Part shown: piece after piece, positions 57,345 to 64,000 of the stretch | Position numbering within the stretch: position 1 is the first letter of the stretch | How the letters are laid out: every line of letters begins with the position of its first letter | Assembly: GCF_009914755.1 (NCBI RefSeq) | Contig: NC_060937.1 | From: the human T2T-CHM13v2.0 reference genome, Homo sapiens | DNA length: 64,000 nt | Reading direction: 5' to 3' (one strand) | Translations under genes and position numbers: made by a program | The notes under the pieces: generated by a model | Seen by the model: only the letters and a program-made list of their open reading frames with translations | The model's database searches: none | What the model was told of the DNA's origin: nothing

Positions 57345-57723
57345 TGTATTAGTCATTTCTCACACTGCTAATAAAGACATACCCAAGACTGGGTAATGTA
57401 TAAAGGAAAGATGTTTAATTGACTCACAGTTCAGCATGGCCTGGGAGGCCTCAGGAAACTTACAGTCATGGCAGAAAGGGAAACAAACATGTCCCTCTTC
57501 ACACAGTGGCAGCAAGGAGAAGCGCTGAGCAAAAGGGGCAAAAGCCCTTTATAAAACCATCAGATCTCATAAGAACTCACTCACTATCACAAGAACAGCA
57601 GCATGGGGGTCACCACACCCATGATTCACTTACCTCCCACCAGGTCCCTCCCATGACATGTGGGGATTATGGGGACTACAATTTAAGATGAGATTTGGGT
57701 GGAGACACAGCCAAACCATATCA
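57345..57723 (-). mobile_element. THE1/MSTA-type solo LTR
   Basis: TGTATTAGTC start, CAGCCAAACCATATCA end, flanks GATGA/GATAA. Confidence 0.92.
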
Positions 57724-57994
57724 GATAACATGATATTAATGTTAAGTCATCCAAAGACAATAAAGAAATTTAATATTGTGAAATAAGACTCTATCTGAGA
57801 TACTACTATGGTTATGAGAATAATTTGATTGAATGTGTGCATATGTGAGCATGAGTGTGTGTGAGTGTGTGTGTGTGCATAATTTACTTTAAAGGGAATT
57901 TTAAAAAGAAAGTTTCAGGTAAGTTTGGGTATTAATTAACTTAATTATTGTCATAAATTTAGAGAATTCCAAGGTGATGACTACTCGGCTAGTA

Positions 57995-58195
57995 CTTCAT
58001 AGTAGAAAGAGCACAAACTTTAGTGACTAACTTACATGGAATCCAATGCTTGTTGCACGGTACACCAGTTGTTTGACTTTGGACATATGACATAACCCTC
58101 TCATGCCTCAAATTCCACATTTAGAGCATGAGAAAAATAGTGAGTATAACATAATGTCTGGCATAGAGAAGAAGGCTCTTGGTAAGTGTTAGGTC
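57995..58195 (+). mobile_element. MIR fragment
   Basis: CATAGTAGAAAGAGCAC...TGACTTTGGACATATGACATAACCCTCTCATGCCTCA. Confidence 0.6.
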
Positions 58196-61100
58196 ATTTC
58201 CTCCCCCACTTTCACTCTTCACGGAATAGGCAAGTCCTAGTAGTTTGGTTAAAACTCTTGGTTTCATTCATTATTTTCACTTTATAAAAATACTCAGATT
58301 CTCCTTAGTGCCTAAATTACTCAGTGAATTAAAAGAAAGTGTCATTGAAACCTATGTTACATTTATGGATCTTTTAAGCATATAAGCACTGCAGTTATCT
58401 TATTTACAAAGATGCTATTATTCACCTACTATAAATCAAGCTTACAATGGCTCATTCTCAACTGTACAATGTAAAAGATAATAGAAGACATTATTAATCT
58501 TTACTTACATTGAGAGTAAAAAGGTCATATGTTCGTTTGAGCTTACGTAGAGGGTATTGTGGTATATTGGAGTAGAATTCGGCTACCTTGCAGGTTAGTC
58601 CAAATGCATCTACCTGCCACAGGACCTACTGAGGCTTCCTGGTCCTCTTCTCTAATTTGGGGCCACCATAGTTATGGTATAGGCTAAAGATAAGCCTCTA
58701 TTTATAAAAAAAAATAGAACCTTAGCTTTACAGAGATAGGAGAAACTTGGATAATAAGAACACATCTGAATTTATACATGAAGGTCTGGAGTCATAAATA
58801 AGTAAAATGATTTGCTCGAGGTCACATGGCAGAGTCAGGTAGGAAACTCCTGTATGCTAGTAACTCCTCTTTTCTCCACCATATCATACAGGAGAGTTTT
58901 CATTCTTTTTGTGTTCTTATGATTCCATGCACTGGAGCATATAACAGCACTATTGAATCTTCTCAGACTATAGAAAATTTGAAGCCTTAACTTTATTTTA
59001 ATCTATGGTTTAGCTATATATTCAGAAGTCATTATGGGCACTGTAACTCCCTCTTTTACTCTATAAAATATTTTACATGGTGCATATTTTATACAAAAAC
59101 ACAAAATAGGTGATCAGTAAAAATTGAATGGTCATTTAATTTTGAAATAGATTGCAGATGATATTCTCTTATAATAATGAAATACTTTCAAAATACCCCC
59201 AAATTATTGTTATGCACTGAAAGTTAGTTGTATTGACTATAGCTCATAGCAAAAGTGCCACTGGCAAGAATTTGGAAATCTTTGTTATATAGGGGGTGTT
59301 TTAATATGTGTTTTAATGGTATTTGCACACAGCAATGCACTTGTAGAATATTACTAGCTTTAGGCTTTCTCTAACCCTGAACAAACTCAATTCCCAAGCT
59401 CCCAGAGCAATTTTTAAGCAGAAAGGGAGAAGGCAGATCTGAAGACAAACATATAGTAGTGATCCCATACTAGGTGAAAATCAGAATTGAAAATGGTAGG
59501 GTCAAACACTATTTAATAGTTGTGGCACAATATTCTGACCACTATTACTTTGACATGCTGGGGTGGAGGGTAAGCAAGACCATCTCAGTGGAAAAGAGTA
59601 CTGTCATTATGATGTGCTCCAGATTTCGAGGCAAAAACTTACATCATAGCAATATTAATAGTAAGGATACGCAATATTTATTAATCACTTACTAGGTGCT
59701 TTTGCTGAAAAAGTGTTCTTTAGTTCTGAGATATGTTTAATCTTTGGAAGAAGTCTGTTTGATATACTATAAATTTTTCTATTTTTGTCCAGAATAATAC
59801 ATCTATTAATGGATACATCAGGGACTAAAATACAATTATTTATAAATCCATAGTAATCAAATAATATAATATAGCATCTTTCCATATGAAGTCCTAGTAA
59901 TCATTTTTGCCAATCTAAATATAAGAAAGAAAATAAAAAATATGAATAATAAAAGCCATAAAAATATTACTTAATATTAGTGATTTGAGACATGAGCGTG
60001 TTTCTGGACTCTTGATGTTACATATGTCATAATTGCCCTGTTTTCTTGGGAAATAAAACTCTGAGGAAACTCATAAAAAGATTTGTTTTATAGAAATATT
60101 TTGAGAATAAGAAAAATTTTGTTTATTATTATATACAGTCTAAGATATCAGAAATGTTTAAAATCATTTTAATTGTCTATATTTTCTATGTATTAGTCTA
60201 CATTTCCTGAAAAGTTCATTTTATTCCATTTTTAAAAGCTTATAGATGAAAAATTTTAAGAGAGACACATTTAGTTGAGTATTGAATTCTAGAAGTAGAT
60301 AATCCACAGGGAAAGCATGGACTAGTTCCACTGACATTTTATGGGTCCTATTGGATCTCAGTTACATAGTTCTTTTTTCAATCTTTAAGGGTTTTAATGG
60401 ATTTAGCAGATTAATAAAATTTGTTTTCCTCTAAATCTTTTAACCTTTCACTTTTTATTACATGGTGCAGCACACACTGTTTTCACATAGAGGGCAGCTT
60501 TGTCCCTCTGAATTGCAGACTCTCTGCCATTTGTACAGCCTTCTCCAGACAGACAAAACTGAGCAGAGTCCAAAACATTATAATAACATTTGTCTCCGAT
60601 GTTGATGAGGGCCAACACATATTAATTTGTCATTTGCTGCATATTTATCCACCAGATTGCAGACTATTTCCAGACTGAGGCAGTTAAAAGCCTTTATTAA
60701 AAATGATGCTTTTGAAATCTAATTTATGTCAGCATGCATATATTTTTGTCTAATTTTTTTATGTTTTACAAGCTAATAATATTTCAAAAGTGACAAACAG
60801 GAATGTTAGATTTATGAATCTATTTTTTAATTAATTTCTCTTATTACAAAGTCATTTTATTTCTCTTTTTGCTATTCCAGCCTTAAATATTTTAGAGGGT
60901 ACCATTACAGTGGTAGCTGGTAGTTACCATGACAATCATAATTTTAAGCAACTCTGCCTCAGACCTTTATAGTGAGATATTATCAAACAAATAGGATGCA
61001 TAAAGGAATCAGGGTAAGTAATGCAATAAATATTTGAACAGAGTTTTTCTAATCCCACATATAGAAGCAAAGGGTAAGTGTGAAGTTTGTGTTTACATAT

Positions 61101-61834
61101 GCGGCTATGCTAATATCTATAACAATGTTAATTTCCAAGTTATTAAAAACATATAAAGTTTTTTATAAGGATAAGTGTGAATTGCAAAACAGTGCAGACT
61201 CAATCTATACATACAACTTAAAATGTCTTCACAGAAACATTTTTGCTATAAAAGGGAAAGTAAGAAAATAAAAGGAAAAAGAAATCACATTTTAAACATT
61301 GAAGAAATACATGTTTGACAAATATTTTTACAAGCAAACTACATGAAACCATCTGATATGTTGCTACATACTTGTATTGCGACATGAATAACCTATGACA
61401 TTGATTTTCGATTAATAACCTATGGCATTGGTTGTCAATATATGTTATTCACCCGGCTAATGTGACATTTTAAGGTCTGATTGTTGACTTCTTCTGGACT
61501 TTAGGCTTTGGTCCATATGCTATAAGTGATATAAAGATTTAGAAATATGGTCTTTGCCTACTACAAGCTTAAAATATAATAAGGAAAATAGAAAAATAAA
61601 TAAGTATGGTATAATAAACATTCCAAATTTATGGTACAAATAATAAGCAATATAGAAATCAGATGAAATTATCAAACTAGAATCTTTATTGTACAGGTCT
61701 GAGAAAATACTAAATGTCAGCTGGTGGCATCCCAAAAACTGAGCTTGATGCCTGATGCTGCTACTTATTTTCACGTGTCATTTACAAAGTTTCTTTTTCT
61801 CTCTAAGCTTCATGCATTCATCGGATAGCAACCC

Positions 61835-62537
<703 letters not shown>

Positions 62538-63264
62538 ATAAGAATCACTAATAGTACTCATGTCATGTGAATGTTGTTAAAATAGGCTATTACTTGTGAA
62601 AACACATTGTAAACTTAAAATGGGTAATCAAGGTTAAATGGTGCTTTAGGCAGGGTAGGCATCAACTGCTATCAAACACACAAAAATAATAATTCTCAGG
62701 GACTTAAGACAATAAAAATATGATACAAACCCATGAAAAATCCAATGTAGATGTTCCCAGTAAGCACACGGTGAATTGAAGATGTAGGCTAGTTCCATCA
62801 TGTTGTAAGGTCTTGGTGTCCTTTCCTGAATTCTGTGCTTCCAGGCAAGAGGTGGAAAAAGATAGTATAGGAAATGTGTAGGGAGGACGTGTGAGAGGAT
62901 CAGGCCCAGAAGTGGCAACCACCCTCCCACACACATTCCACATTCCATGAACAACAGTCCCGTGGTCCCAACCAGATATGAGGAGCCTGGGAAATATGGT
63001 CTAGTAGTGAACAAAGGAAGGGATAAAGAATATAGGTCTTCTTAATTGTGGTGAAAAATTAGTAAGAAATTTTCCAAAAAAAATTAGCCAATCCTTGCCA
63101 TAAAAATTATCTGTACATTTATTTTAATTGGACTTTGAAACATAAGTAGGCGTCCAAAGATGAAAATGGGGCAGTGATTACATTCTAAAGAAAATGATAT
63201 GACCAATAGATAAAAAATGTATGATTCTTTAAATCAAGGAAATACAATGTAGAGGTGAAAAGTC

Positions 63265-63510
63265 TGTAGCTAGGGCCTGGGGGTTATATTCCTGCTTCTT
63301 CCATATTTTTAGCCGAGAAGCAATCCATTGTTAAATTCTCTAAGCTTCAGTTCCTTCCAAAGTCAATTACCCACAGTATTACCTTATTGCTACTATAATA
63401 TAACATCTCATAGGTATTTTTGTTAGAATTAACATGGAGAATATGAATTGAGTAATTTGCACATCTCATGGTGTATTGTGAGCACTTAATTAAGACTCAA
63501 TAATATTGTG
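63265..63510 (+). mobile_element. MIR fragment
   Basis: TTAAATTCTCTAAGCTTCAGTTCC; ATCTCATAGGTATTTTTGTTAGAATTAA; GCACTTAAT. Confidence 0.5.
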
Positions 63511-63680
63511 ATGTTCCATGGCAACAGCGGACAAAGATCTACTGCCTAAACCAGTGTATTTTTTCATCTCTATTTCCTAATTTGGTCGAAGTTAATATCT
63601 TATTAACTGAAGAAGTTATAATGAAAACTGTGAAGATGAAGGCAGAACACATAGCTTGGAGGATCATGTTAGATGCTCAC

Positions 63681-63747
63681 ACTGAAGACCCAATCAAGTA
63701 CTATTGCCGCTACTTGCTTGGCAATAGTACGTGATTGGGTCTTCAGT
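63681..63747. repeat. Near-perfect inverted repeat (28-bp arms, 11-nt loop)
   Basis: ACTGAAGACCCAATCAAGTACTATTGCC / GGCAATAGTACGTGATTGGGTCTTCAGT, 27 of 28 complementary. Confidence 0.97.
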
Positions 63748-64000
63748 TTTTAAAAATTTTAGTAGTTTATGGTTCAAGAGTTCTAGGGAAATTCCACAAA
63801 GATATTTTTCAAAATGGTGTCCAAAACTACATGTATTCATTCTGAGAGGAAACTTACCCACCTCATCTCACCCAGAACCCATTTCAATGAAAAGATTGAC
63901 TTGCTTAATTAGACTCACACAGAGTTTTGGTTCTGCTCCTCCGGTTGAATCTTTGACAAAATTCAAGCTAAAGAAATTTTGGAATTTCACTATGAATACT

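Overview
AT-rich, CpG-depleted primate (most likely human or great ape) intergenic or deep-intronic DNA. No protein-coding gene, structural RNA gene, CpG island or CRISPR array can be supported; the supplied ORFs are short and mostly read through Alu, LTR or microsatellite sequence. Much of the window is fossil transposable element: about 14 Alu/FLAM copies (three young AluY), THE1/MST/MLT1/MLT2 solo LTRs, a two-LTR ERVL provirus remnant (46.2-50.3 kb), L1M fragments, MIRs, hAT-Charlie DNA transposons and an ancient CR1/L3 fragment whose C-terminal ORF2 peptide is still readable. The most notable unexplained structures are a near-perfect 28-bp-stem hairpin at 63681-63747, a perfect minisatellite carrying four YY1-like cores, an isolated CpG-dense palindromic patch near 30.2 kb, a distant inverted motif pair at 39.6/40.5 kb, and several local fold-back, inversion and duplication scars. 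Repeat subfamily names are from recalled consensus sequences and need Dfam/RepeatMasker confirmation. I see no convincing evidence of a new multi-gene system.
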